Under the pieces are notes generated by a model. The model did no database searches. It was given only the letters and a program-made list of their open reading frames with translations, and was not told where the DNA came from. A stretch of DNA of 64,000 nucleotides from Acidimicrobiaceae bacterium (GTDB taxonomy: Bacteria; Actinomycetota; Acidimicrobiia; Acidimicrobiales; Aldehydirespiratoraceae). Where the stretch lies: positions 5,092 through 69,091 of the forward strand of contig VXTM01000036.1 of NCBI GenBank assembly GCA_009837445.1, written 5' to 3'. The number at the start of each line of letters is the position of its first letter. The first letter of the stretch is position 1. A program made the position numbers and the translations under genes. Positions 49,289-58,034 of the stretch are shown in pieces.

Positions 49289-51220
49289 TCAGGGTGGCGC
49301 TCTTAGCGCCGGTACTTTCTCTGCGCCGGTGTTTGTGTCGGGCGCGCTGCCGTTCCCTGTGCCGGTGTTTGTGTCGGGCGCGCTGCCGTTCCCTGTGCCG
49401 GTCCCGGTTCCGTTGCCGGTGCCATTCCCGCTGCCGTTGCTGTGGAGCGCGGAGGTTACACAGAACAGCGACGGCTCCGCTTCGGGAACATCGTCGGTGG
49501 GCGGGTCAGCGCACACGTCGGCGTCTGCGCGGGTCACGTTGTTGGCGACCGCCAGAGCGAGCAGGGCCATGCTGTGCGGGCGCACCCCGGACGCTTCACA
49601 GGCTCGGGGGTCCATCCCGCCTTCGTGCTTGACGATTCCGTTGGCGTTCTCGATGCGGGAGCGTCCGGCTCCGTAGATGCGGCGATGCATCTCGGTCGCC
49701 CACGATTCGGGCTGCCATTGGTCCAGTTCGTCGGCGCGGATGTTGATGGTGCCATTGCAGCACCACTGCACCGGGAAGGGCGGACCGAGAGCCGGGATGC
49801 CTTTGAGGTGGCGGCGCTTGCCTTTCCTGAACGGCCCTGTGCGGGTGTTGGCCGCGCCGATGACGTTGCCAGCGCACTGCGGGCACCTGAACTGGATGGT
49901 GCCGCCTTTGGACTTACCGTTGCGGACATACCGATACTTGGCACGATCCTCAGCCCAGTCGGCGGTCTCTTGCGAGGAGAAGCTCGGATCGGGCGGGACC
50001 AGGAACCTCTCGGGCATCCACAACGGGAAGAAGTCACCGCAGGACAGATAGAGAGGTTCTCTCCTGCGGCCGACTCGCACGATGGTGGGCCGTTCTTTGG
50101 TGGTGACCGTGTAGTCCATGATGATGTCGATGTCGGCTTCGTGGAGGGGACGCACGAAGTCGGAGCGGGTGGTGAACTCGCGGTCTGCGACGATGAGGTC
50201 GAGGCGGGGCAGAGCCTTCTTCAGCGACAGGACCACATCTCGTCCCACCGGGGCGCGGTTGACCGTCGCCGGATCGAGTGAGAACGACAGCACATAGGGG
50301 CCGATGTCCCTTTCGGGTGGGATGTCCTTGTTGGGGTCGGGGTAGTCGCGCCGGTCCGGTGACGCTGCGACGATGGTGCCGAAGTAGCCGGTGAAGTAAC
50401 TCTGCTTGTGGCCCGTCGCCCTGCTGGCCCCTCTGACAGAGGTTCTCGCTTCGGGGTCGGCTTTGCAGCGCTGGATCTTGCCGTCTTGGCCGACGATGAG
50501 ACCGTCGGGCAGCGGGGTGCTGTTGATGAGCGAGTCGCGCAGCATCTTGTCAACATCGGCCTGCCGCCGGAAATCGGTGACCCTGGCGTTGGTCGCGAAC
50601 GCGGTTGCGTCCACAGCTCCAACCTTGATTCTCGTCAGCACCTGCTTGGGGACGCTCCCCAACAACAGACCTTGGTTGAACCACAGCAGCCCGGCGTCCG
50701 CTCCTGGGCCGTGGTTGGGGGCTGCGCCCTTACCGAGGGCCGCTTCCATCAGCTCTGTGAACGGAGCGGTCTCCAGACGGCGGACCTGCCGGACCACGCT
50801 GCTGTAGGAGACCGGCGTGAACTGCTTGGGGTCGCACAACCCGATGTCAAAGAGAATGGTCGCGTCCAGTCCGTTGATGACCGCACACAACTGCGAGCGC
50901 AGGTAGCTGCTCTTGATTTCAGCGGCGAGGAACATCGCCAGCAGCAGAACCTCTCCTGAGCATCGCGACATCGGCCCGGTGTGCTCGTCCAGCCAGTCGC
51001 ACAACCTCTTTGCCTCGTCGCTGCGACGAATGAGCCGCAGGTATCGCCACGCTTGCTCCGGTGTGGAGCAGACGGGTTCCACCATCCGCGACCCGAGACT
51101 GGGATGGTCCTCAGGCAGTCTCCGCTCTGAGTTGATGCGATGCGCCTCAGCGACAGTGAGGCACCTGCGCGCTGCTAGACGCGCCTGTCGTCGGTAGTGC
51201 TGACGCTTGCCGCGGCTCAT
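49289..51220 (-). CDS. large DDE transposase-like protein (IS4/IS5/IS1182-like fold)
   Basis: AVDAT (D204), IVADREF (D346), IYGAGRSRIENANGIVK (E524, YREK-like); CPQC..CC insertion. Confidence 0.7.
   Translation of the reverse strand: MSRGKRQHYRRQARLAARRCLTVAEAHRINSERRLPEDHPSLGSRMVEPVCSTPEQAWRYLRLIRRSDEAKRLCDWLDEHTGPMSRCSGEVLLLAMFLAAEIKSSYLRSQLCAVINGLDATILFDIGLCDPKQFTPVSYSSVVRQVRRLETAPFTELMEAALGKGAAPNHGPGADAGLLWFNQGLLLGSVPKQVLTRIKVGAVDATAFATNARVTDFRRQADVDKMLRDSLINSTPLPDGLIVGQDGKIQRCKADPEARTSVRGASRATGHKQSYFTGYFGTIVAASPDRRDYPDPNKDIPPERDIGPYVLSFSLDPATVNRAPVGRDVVLSLKKALPRLDLIVADREFTTRSDFVRPLHEADIDIIMDYTVTTKERPTIVRVGRRREPLYLSCGDFFPLWMPERFLVPPDPSFSSQETADWAEDRAKYRYVRNGKSKGGTIQFRCPQCAGNVIGAANTRTGPFRKGKRRHLKGIPALGPPFPVQWCCNGTINIRADELDQWQPESWATEMHRRIYGAGRSRIENANGIVKHEGGMDPRACEASGVRPHSMALLALAVANNVTRADADVCADPPTDDVPEAEPSLFCVTSALHSNGSGNGTGNGTGTGTGNGSAPDTNTGTGNGSAPDTNTGAEKVPALRAPP
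49325..49402. repeat. 36-bp tandem repeat x2 within a Gly/Asn/Thr-rich tail
   Basis: GCCGGTGTTTGTGTCGGGCGCGCTGCCGTTCCCTGT repeated exactly; encodes TGTGNGSAPDTN x2. Confidence 0.95.
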
Positions 51221-52185
51221 GCTCCCATCCCCTCTGTGACGGCCTCCTCAGCAGTGAGGCGCAGGTCAAGCCCCGAGCACAGGCGGTGCAAGGTGTTTTC
51301 GGACAGCGACCCTGCCAGCATCTTCAACGCGGGCAGGGAAGTGCCCGCGATCAGGTGCGCGGCCAGCCAGGTCGCACGGGTGCGGGACAGCGATATGCCC
51401 TCCCACCCCAACGGCAGATTGCGAGCTGCCACTCCCGCGGTGGCGGGGTTGCTGCCGAGGATGAACTTGTTGCTGGACCTAACAGGCCGGGAGCGGACGC
51501 ATGCAACGGCCTGTCTCACCACATCAGTCCAGCGCAGCCGCACAGGCACCAGCCGCGACTGATGGCCGCGCACTTCCACCACAAGCCGCCCGTCTGCCCG
51601 CTCGTGGATGTCGCCGACCTCAGCGAGGGTGGTCTCAAAGCTCCGCAAGCCCGCACCGAGAGGTCCGGCCACCGACCACAGCCGCCCCGCCGGGTTCCTT
51701 GAGCCGGGAAGACGGCACGCCATCTCGATCAGGTCTTCGTCGTCGATGCTGTAGGGCAGCGAGTACGGCGCGGTAGGAACCGACAGGCGCTTGTCGCCCG
51801 AAGCCTGCGCTTCCCATGCCTTCGGGTTGACGACCCGGCCGACACGGTTCAGTGTTGTGATCGCGGCGTGCTTCCACGCGAACGACTCGTGCTTGCAGGC
51901 CGCAACGATGAACGCATCGATGTTGCGTGGGTTGATGACGGTCGGGCTGAGTGAGCCGATGGTCTCGTCTGCCCAGACCATCATCTTCGCCACATACCGC
52001 AGCAGCCTCCAAGCCGTTATCGGCGTCTCCGGTGCCGCGGCTGTGACCAGTTCACGAACCACCGGCAGAATCCGCTCCCGAACAAACGGCGTGTCGGGAG
52101 CGGTCTCCTTTCCCGGCTTCCACGTCCGTATCAGCTCCGCAACTTCCGGCTTCAACGGCTGAGCGGGCGTCAGCGCGCCGGTCAC
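51217..52185 (-). CDS. tyrosine-recombinase-fold protein with degenerate active site
   Basis: GAGLRSFE (box I Arg), VRG..SRLVPV, SRTRATW (HxxR position), LKMLAG; no Tyr in C-terminal helix; GTG start after GGGAG. Confidence 0.68.
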   Translation of the reverse strand: MTGALTPAQPLKPEVAELIRTWKPGKETAPDTPFVRERILPVVRELVTAAAPETPITAWRLLRYVAKMMVWADETIGSLSPTVINPRNIDAFIVAACKHESFAWKHAAITTLNRVGRVVNPKAWEAQASGDKRLSVPTAPYSLPYSIDDEDLIEMACRLPGSRNPAGRLWSVAGPLGAGLRSFETTLAEVGDIHERADGRLVVEVRGHQSRLVPVRLRWTDVVRQAVACVRSRPVRSSNKFILGSNPATAGVAARNLPLGWEGISLSRTRATWLAAHLIAGTSLPALKMLAGSLSENTLHRLCSGLDLRLTAEEAVTEGMGA

Positions 52186-52487
52186 GACCCGCTCCCTGCG
52201 GAACACGCCGCGGCGTTGTGAGCATCGCTGCCACAAGTCGGCCATACGCACACGCACGCCGAAACCGGCTGGTGTTGGTCTGCTCCGATGATGATGGTGG
52301 TGTTGTGTCGGCTCATAGCTGCCTTCCGCTAGGTGCCCGTGATGGGGACCCGCATTGCAGCTAGCGCAAATCGACATTGCCGGGGAGCGCGGAGCGATTT
52401 GGCGGGGCAAAGTTAGCGACACCACGTCTGACGTGATCAAACGGAAGTCAAGAAATTTCTGGCGACAACCCAATATTCGCCCTTTGC

Positions 52488-52522
52488 ATCTACGCCTATA
52501 GATATTTTCTACAGGCATAGAT
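52488..52522. promoter_or_regulatory. 15-bp inverted repeat (operator or RNA hairpin) between divergent genes
   Basis: ATCTACGCCTATAGA-TATTT-TCTACAGGCATAGAT; both mismatches become G-U pairs on the minus strand. Confidence 0.6.
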
Positions 52523-52602
52523 ACCGGGACCAGGCGCGACGTGGCAACGTTCCCCCCAAGAAAACTCGTCCCCGGCAACAATCGCGGCTACCGTCAGCCG
52601 CT

Positions 52603-53007
52603 GTGGCCCGACACCGCGATCTGAAGAAGCATCCCCGCGACTATCTCCCCCCTGACAGATCCGATTGGCTGGCTCCTGGCGAACTCGTGCGGGAAAAGGG
52701 CGTGCGTGAGGCACGGTTCGTGCGGATCATCGGTCGGCGTCTCGACCGGCTCATCGCCAAAGACGGACGTCCCGTCATCCAGATCGCCAAGAGAGCGAAC
52801 CTTGCCCCTCAGACCATCCACAACATCCTTGAAGGCAAGACTTGGTGTGACGCCCCCACCATCTGGCGGCTGGAGAATGCGTTAGAAGAACGCCTCTGGG
52901 TCAACGACTCGCTGGAGGTAGAGGAAGCGGACCCTCGCACTCTCACCCCCCGCTACCGACGACCCGGAGGGGGAACGTCACCCATCGTGCCCGAGAAGCC
53001 GCAGTGA
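52603..53007 (+). CDS. XRE-family helix-turn-helix regulator
   Basis: IAKRANLAPQTIHNILEGKTWCDAPTIWRLENAL HTH_3-like pattern. Confidence 0.85.
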   Translation: MARHRDLKKHPRDYLPPDRSDWLAPGELVREKGVREARFVRIIGRRLDRLIAKDGRPVIQIAKRANLAPQTIHNILEGKTWCDAPTIWRLENALEERLWVNDSLEVEEADPRTLTPRYRRPGGGTSPIVPEKPQ

Positions 53008-53085
53008 CCTAGCCGCCCTGTAGGGCCGACGAGTTGATAGCGGCCCAGCCCTGAGCATTTCTCGCCGTACTACGGTCTGCCGGGC

Positions 53086-53784
53086 GTGGCAGCCAGCCGG
53101 AAATACGAGTTGAGCGGCGACCAAGATCGCGACCTGGGGTGGCGCATCCGCGCTCTGCGAGACATCCCCACCCACGCAGTCAAGAAGGGCGACATCGGCG
53201 GGTGGGTCGCCTCAGAAGCGAGTCTCTCTCAGAACGGCGACTGCTGGGTTGCGGACAATGCGAGCGTCGGAGAGACAGCAAGAGTCCGCGGCGACGCCCT
53301 GATATCCGACCGGGCAGAGATCACCGGCGAGGCAGAGGTCTACGACGAAGCAAGGGTCTACGGGCGAGCGCGAGTCTTCGGCTCCGCGAAGGTCTACGAG
53401 ACGGCGCGGGTCCACGGCACCAGGGTCCGGGTGTGTGGAAGCGCAAGGGTCTACGGGAATATGACGATCCGCAACGAAGCGCTGGTCCACGGAGACGCTC
53501 ACGCTTATGGAACGGGGTGGATCGGAGAGCAGGCAAGGGTTCATGGGCACGCGCGGGTTTATGAAATGGGGCGCGTCACCGGAGAGGCCGTGGTTCACGA
53601 GTCCGCTGAGGTCTTCGGAACTGGGTGGGTTTCCGGCGATGCAGTTGTCTCGGGGCGAGCGCGGATCCATGAGCTTGGGAGGGTCCGCGGGGATGCCCGG
53701 GTCGGCGGGGATGAGGAGGTCTGCGGGAAGATGCTGGTCGAGGGAGAGCAGCCATCACCCGTTGACGAACAGTCCGGGCGCTAA
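53086..53784 (+). CDS. phage-type left-handed beta-helix (hexapeptide repeat) protein
   Basis: KYEL..RIRALRD..VKKGDIGGWV..E.SLSQ.GDCWV head followed by (A-R-V-x-G-x)n repeats. Confidence 0.85.
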   Translation: MAASRKYELSGDQDRDLGWRIRALRDIPTHAVKKGDIGGWVASEASLSQNGDCWVADNASVGETARVRGDALISDRAEITGEAEVYDEARVYGRARVFGSAKVYETARVHGTRVRVCGSARVYGNMTIRNEALVHGDAHAYGTGWIGEQARVHGHARVYEMGRVTGEAVVHESAEVFGTGWVSGDAVVSGRARIHELGRVRGDARVGGDEEVCGKMLVEGEQPSPVDEQSGR

Positions 53785-53788
53785 CCGC

Positions 53789-54124
53789 TCAGGATGCAGA
53801 AAGTTTGTGGCGAGCGAGTGCCTGTGTGATGGTGGTCAGCGTTGCGCCGGTGACATGCACCCGACAATCAGCGAACAGATAATGGCCGTCGTCGGTCAGA
53901 TCGGGGGAGCCTTCTAGGGGGAAGTGCTGACCTCCTACTGACAGCGTGAGAGGGTACGGGGGAGTTGAGACTGCGGTCGCCTGGAGCGCATAGATGTAGT
54001 CGTTGCGTTCCAGGTACGCCCTCAGGTACACGGAGGGGTTGCCTCCCGGCTCGGGTGTGACCGTGACGTTGTCCCAATGGAGGTCGTGCTCCCCGATAGA
54101 GATGTCGATGTAGGTAGTGCTCAC
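53789..54124 (-). CDS. hypothetical protein
   Basis: 111 aa; AGGGAG RBS before GTG; protein-like composition. Confidence 0.65.
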   Translation of the reverse strand: MSTTYIDISIGEHDLHWDNVTVTPEPGGNPSVYLRAYLERNDYIYALQATAVSTPPYPLTLSVGGQHFPLEGSPDLTDDGHYLFADCRVHVTGATLTTITQALARHKLSAS

Positions 54125-54228
54125 TTGCGCTCCCTTTGTGGCTCTAGCGCCTCAGCACGCTATCTGCTGGCACCAAGCACCAGCCATGATGCTGCCGGGG
54201 CATCCCAACAAGGACAGAAGCCCCCCGG

Positions 54229-54337
54229 CCACAAGTTCCTAGCTCTTCGCCCCCGGCACGCGCCCCCGGCGCAAGCGAACAACTGGCGCTCAGTTCCTCA
54301 TCTCCTGGCTCGTGCCCAACAGCCCCTCAGCATCCCC
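54229..54337. repeat. dispersed island repeat, copy A (diverged)
   Basis: CCACAAG-N23-CGCGCCCCCGGCGCAAGCGAACAACTGGC-N32-CAGCCCCTCAGCATCCCC. Confidence 0.7.
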
Positions 54338-54674
54338 GTATGTGTAACGCCTCGCGCCACCAAACGCCCGGCATCGCACCAGGAGCCGATTTCTGGGACT
54401 GGGCATCAGAAACAAGAGATGTATTGCGCGGGGCTTGGAACCAGTGGCGACTGCGCCGGCGGGATTTCGCGCCGCTCTGACCTGCGCCAACAGATTTCAG
54501 CCCACCACAGCCGCCTCCAGTTACGCGCCACGACGCCGCACAAACGCCCGATTTCGTGGGCGGTTGGACCCCAACAGGAGGTCTGAAAGGCCGCAAATCG
54601 GCCCCAAATGACGGCTTGAAGGAGCTAGCAGGCGTTCCCCGAGCCACCCCACCGGTCGAGGTACAACGTGGAGC

Positions 54675-54899
54675 GTGCCTGACCTCACCGAGGGCGAGAT
54701 GCTCCACCAGGGGATTTGCATGCTCTGCGAAGGGAGCGGCGTCGCTCGTCACGGCCCCAACCCAGGGGAGAAGTGCCACCCGTGTAACGGCTCGGGGAAG
54801 ATGACCGACGCCAACCATGAGCAGGCGGTGAAGTCATGGCGAGAGCATCGCCGACGCCGACAGGTCAGCGAGAGCGCAGAACGCCGCGACCTTGCGTGA
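54675..54899 (+). CDS. small zinc-finger protein (DnaJ-type CxxCxGxG x2)
   Basis: CMLCEGSG and CHPCNGSG; GGAG RBS. Confidence 0.65.
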   Translation: MPDLTEGEMLHQGICMLCEGSGVARHGPNPGEKCHPCNGSGKMTDANHEQAVKSWREHRRRRQVSESAERRDLA

Positions 54900-54922
54900 C
54901 CGTTGGGGCAGGAGCGGCGCAC

Positions 54923-55759
54923 TTACCGTGAGCGTGTGGCGCCAGCGCCCCCTGCCACCAGCCAAGGCAACAGTAGCCCGCCAGCTTCCGTGCCCTCCCC
55001 AGATAGCTGCATATAGAGAAAGGCGACTATGGACACAATCGCTGCGACAATCGTAGCCACCCAAGCGATGACCTTGAGAGTCCGATGACGGGGGCTCTCC
55101 TCCGGTGCGCCGTCCCCGGACTCCTGACGCACGTTCTTCACGACGACGCGATGGCCGTCTCCCTTCACGACCACATTGACTGCTTGGCTTGCGACGTCGG
55201 GAGAGGGCAGGTCTTGGCCTTTGGGCAAGCCCGCCCTCATCTCTCCAACTAGCTCCACGATGTCCGTACAAACCCGCTCCACGACGCCGCTAATCGCCGT
55301 CGGGGCAACCTGCCAGTACAGGCGCTCGACATGCGGTCTGTACTCTCCGCTCTGATTCATGTACAGGAGCACCTCTGAGGCTCCGAGCGGAAGCAGTCTG
55401 ACCGACTCCCCCTCACGCTCAGCGGTGCGAACCATGCCAAGCAGTTCGGGAACCGAATGAGTCAGATCTAGTTCTTCTGTGATGTCTTCGCGCACGAACT
55501 CTGGAAGCTGGAACGTGGAGATGGAGAGACCCTTGGCTATCCCCGTCGGCGAAATGGTGTCGACGCACAGCGGGGCTTGGATGCGACGGTAGTCAGGAAG
55601 CTCATCGTCACCTCCGTATCCACGCAGCTCGCGAGTGGCCCATTCCCGCAGTTCTGCACTAGCCGAGTGCCCACCCAACGATATGCACAGCCTCAGCGCC
55701 TTGACGACATCACCGCCCAGCGCCTCCGACTCGATCTTGTCCAGGAGCGACCTACGCAC
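54923..55759 (-). CDS. AbiTii-domain protein with C-terminal TM helix (putative anti-phage)
   Basis: ALR.C..LG....ELREWATRELRGY...ELPDYRRI N-terminal pattern; hydrophobic C-terminal helix. Confidence 0.75.
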   Translation of the reverse strand: MRRSLLDKIESEALGGDVVKALRLCISLGGHSASAELREWATRELRGYGGDDELPDYRRIQAPLCVDTISPTGIAKGLSISTFQLPEFVREDITEELDLTHSVPELLGMVRTAEREGESVRLLPLGASEVLLYMNQSGEYRPHVERLYWQVAPTAISGVVERVCTDIVELVGEMRAGLPKGQDLPSPDVASQAVNVVVKGDGHRVVVKNVRQESGDGAPEESPRHRTLKVIAWVATIVAAIVSIVAFLYMQLSGEGTEAGGLLLPWLVAGGAGATRSR

Positions 55760-55777
55760 AGTTGCTCGCCAAGAGAG

Positions 55778-56170
55778 CTAGTTCGGGATGACTTCGTAGT
55801 AGGTGCGGTAGTCAGTGAAACCGGCTACAGGCATGCGCTCCGTGCCGTCCTCCATGGGCGTGAAACTCGGTTCCCAGGAGACGGCACAGAGCTGGTGTTC
55901 AAACTCCTCGGGCCTGGCTCCTGCCCTTTCTGCGGCGGTTCTGAGGCGTTCGGGGCCGATGAGGATCTGCCTGCCCGAGACGGGCTCGTCGAGAGGCTGA
56001 AGCGTCACGCGCCACTCATCCAGCTTGAACATCGCCTGACCGTGCGCCCACGCCTGCTGGGTGGCGTCCTCCCGAGTGAAGACCGGAGGGCCAAGAGACA
56101 CGCGGGTAGCAGGGGTGCCCTCCTCCACGTAGTAGACATTGGCCCCTTGCGGCCATTCCATATCGGTCAC
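55778..56170 (-). CDS. hypothetical protein
   Basis: GGAGG RBS before GTG; ends 18 nt upstream of the AbiTii gene. Confidence 0.6.
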   Translation of the reverse strand: MTDMEWPQGANVYYVEEGTPATRVSLGPPVFTREDATQQAWAHGQAMFKLDEWRVTLQPLDEPVSGRQILIGPERLRTAAERAGARPEEFEHQLCAVSWEPSFTPMEDGTERMPVAGFTDYRTYYEVIPN

Positions 56171-56307
56171 GTCTCCTCCCTCGGCTAGCCGTCGGCGGAA
56201 CGGTATCCGGCCCGCTGCACCACGGCTCACAGAGACCGACTATTGGTCCCTAGCACGCTCAGTGCTGCCAGGTACTCGAGGGCTTCCTGCACGGTAGGGT
56301 CGCAGGA

Positions 56308-56694
56308 ATGCCTCCAAGTCGCTCTGATACGCCCCTACCCGAGAACAGAGGTGTGCTGATCGCCTACGGCACGGCGTTTGAGGCGGCCGTGCAGCGCCTC
56401 ACCGACGAAGACGCCGATGACCTAGCTGACAGTCTCCAACGCATCGCGGAGCGGTTTCGGGCGCGATTTGAGGAACCGGTGCCCCATCCGTTCAGTGACT
56501 GTTGTAATCACTTGGAACGTCTAGCGCTCCTAGTCCGCAATCGCTTCGACTTCGCAGCGGCGCATCCACCCCCTGACGAGACCCCAGAATTCGTAATCAT
56601 GTGCCTTCGCTGCGAGGTCTTTCCTATCCCGTGGGACACTGCCTGCCCCAACTGCGGCACTCATGACTTCTTGCATGCGGTCTCAATCGGATAG
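56308..56694 (+). CDS. hypothetical protein with C-terminal zinc ribbon
   Basis: CLRC...CPNC. Confidence 0.6.
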   Translation: MPPSRSDTPLPENRGVLIAYGTAFEAAVQRLTDEDADDLADSLQRIAERFRARFEEPVPHPFSDCCNHLERLALLVRNRFDFAAAHPPPDETPEFVIMCLRCEVFPIPWDTACPNCGTHDFLHAVSIG

Positions 56695-56998
56695 GCGATT
56701 CCGGGGAGTTGTGTTCCCTGCGACGTAGCGGCTGTCAGCGGGCGGGCGGGGCAGCCCTGCGAGGATCCCTGCCACTTTGTCGAGGGGCTGCATGCCGGGC
56801 ACCCGGAGCGAGACGAAGGTGGACATCATGGGGCATGACTGCCGAAGCCATGTAGACGCTGTTACGCGCCCCGGAGGTGAGTTGGGGATGACAGTCGGGG
56901 TGCTTCTGACCTGACGATCTGTGGCCCGCCCGTTCCGCGCTCGCGCCGCACACTGCTTCTATGGTGCGAAACCGACACTGCGGCTCGGGAGGTTGCCC

Positions 56999-57718
56999 AT
57001 GAACGCGAGAGAAACGGCCAAGCGCATCGCGGCCGGACGGCCAGTGGCCCGTCGACGGGCTCTCTGGGCGCTTGCCTCGGCCGTTGCAGTCGGGCTGGTC
57101 GCTGTCGCCGCATACCTGGCGTGGCGCGGGTTCAGACTCCTATCTTCGGACGATCTCGGCACTTCCGACACCGCCGCAGGGATTCAGGGGCTGGCCGCCG
57201 CGGTCAACCTGGTGGCAACGCTGTTCCTGGTGGGTGTCACAACGGCGTACGTAGTCATCGCCTACCAACATCTGCGCCTGTCCCGGCCAGATGTGAGCAT
57301 CGACTGGCATCTCGCTTGGGCAAATCTCTCTGGCGCTTCAAGAGAGGTGCTCAGAGCGCCAATCGGGTCCCTTCGGAACGGACCTATGGAGGAGGGACAC
57401 AACGCGCCGTTCATAGCTGTGGAGCTAATCAACTCCGGCAATCAGTCGGTAGCCATCGAACAGATGCAGTTGGTTGTTGATGACAGCTTCTATCACAGGT
57501 ACGGCGGGTCGCAACTGAGTAGAGAATGTCCGGTCAACTTAGGCCCCCATTCATCGCAGACGCTCTACTTTGACCAGTTTGAGGTTCGGCACTTCCTCGT
57601 GAAGTGCGAATACTTGAAACCCGCGAAGCCTCGCGAACTGCATGCCCATGTCCGCCTTGGATCTGGCGTCACGCTCAGCACCAGCAAGGTTCCCTTGGAC
57701 TGCCTGCTGGTTGACTAG
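56999..57718 (+). CDS. hypothetical membrane protein (2 TM + beta-rich domain)
   Basis: GGGAGG RBS; two hydrophobic helices followed by ELINSG..V.I pattern. Confidence 0.65.
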   Translation: MNARETAKRIAAGRPVARRRALWALASAVAVGLVAVAAYLAWRGFRLLSSDDLGTSDTAAGIQGLAAAVNLVATLFLVGVTTAYVVIAYQHLRLSRPDVSIDWHLAWANLSGASREVLRAPIGSLRNGPMEEGHNAPFIAVELINSGNQSVAIEQMQLVVDDSFYHRYGGSQLSRECPVNLGPHSSQTLYFDQFEVRHFLVKCEYLKPAKPRELHAHVRLGSGVTLSTSKVPLDCLLVD

Positions 57719-57755
57719 GAGGAATGCCTGCTGGCAGAGAAGCAGCGCTGTCACG

Positions 57756-57933
57756 CCACAAGAAATCAAACCTCCGGCCCACCACCCGCGCCTCCGGCGC
57801 AAGCGAACACTGACCTCCCTGCCCCGTCACCTACTGCCGCTCTCTTGCAGCCCTCAGCACCCCAACAAGGGCAGCACGCTCCCAGCACCCAGCCCCACGG
57901 CACCACACCGAGAAACCAACAGCCAGGACAGGG
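57756..57933. repeat. dispersed island repeat, copy B
   Basis: Shares GCCCACCACCCGCGCCTCCGGCGCAAGCGAACACTGACCTCCCTGCC exactly with copy C; flanks also similar. Confidence 0.9.
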
Positions 57934-58034
57934 GGCGATGCCAAACAAGCCAAGCGGATGACACGGAGAGAGTGACCGCTGACCGACCCGGCACTTCCCG
58001 GCGAGGTGCTTGACTCGGGGGGGGGGTGATGAGG

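Noticed and set aside
52186-52581. N-terminal extension of the recombinase-like ORF, including a His run
   Set aside because: A better RBS and GTG lie at 52185; the extension crosses an AT-rich, palindrome-rich promoter region
49075-53100. Classical IS with terminal inverted repeats and target duplication
   Set aside because: No convincing TIR pair or direct repeat found by eye around the DDE gene
54575-54607. Possible attR: CAGGAGGTC...CAAATC..GGCCC resembling the tRNA-Val 3' half, also weakly inverted to 49146-49162
   Set aside because: Only 9 bp match exactly and gaps are needed; this could be chance in GC-rich DNA, so it is not called
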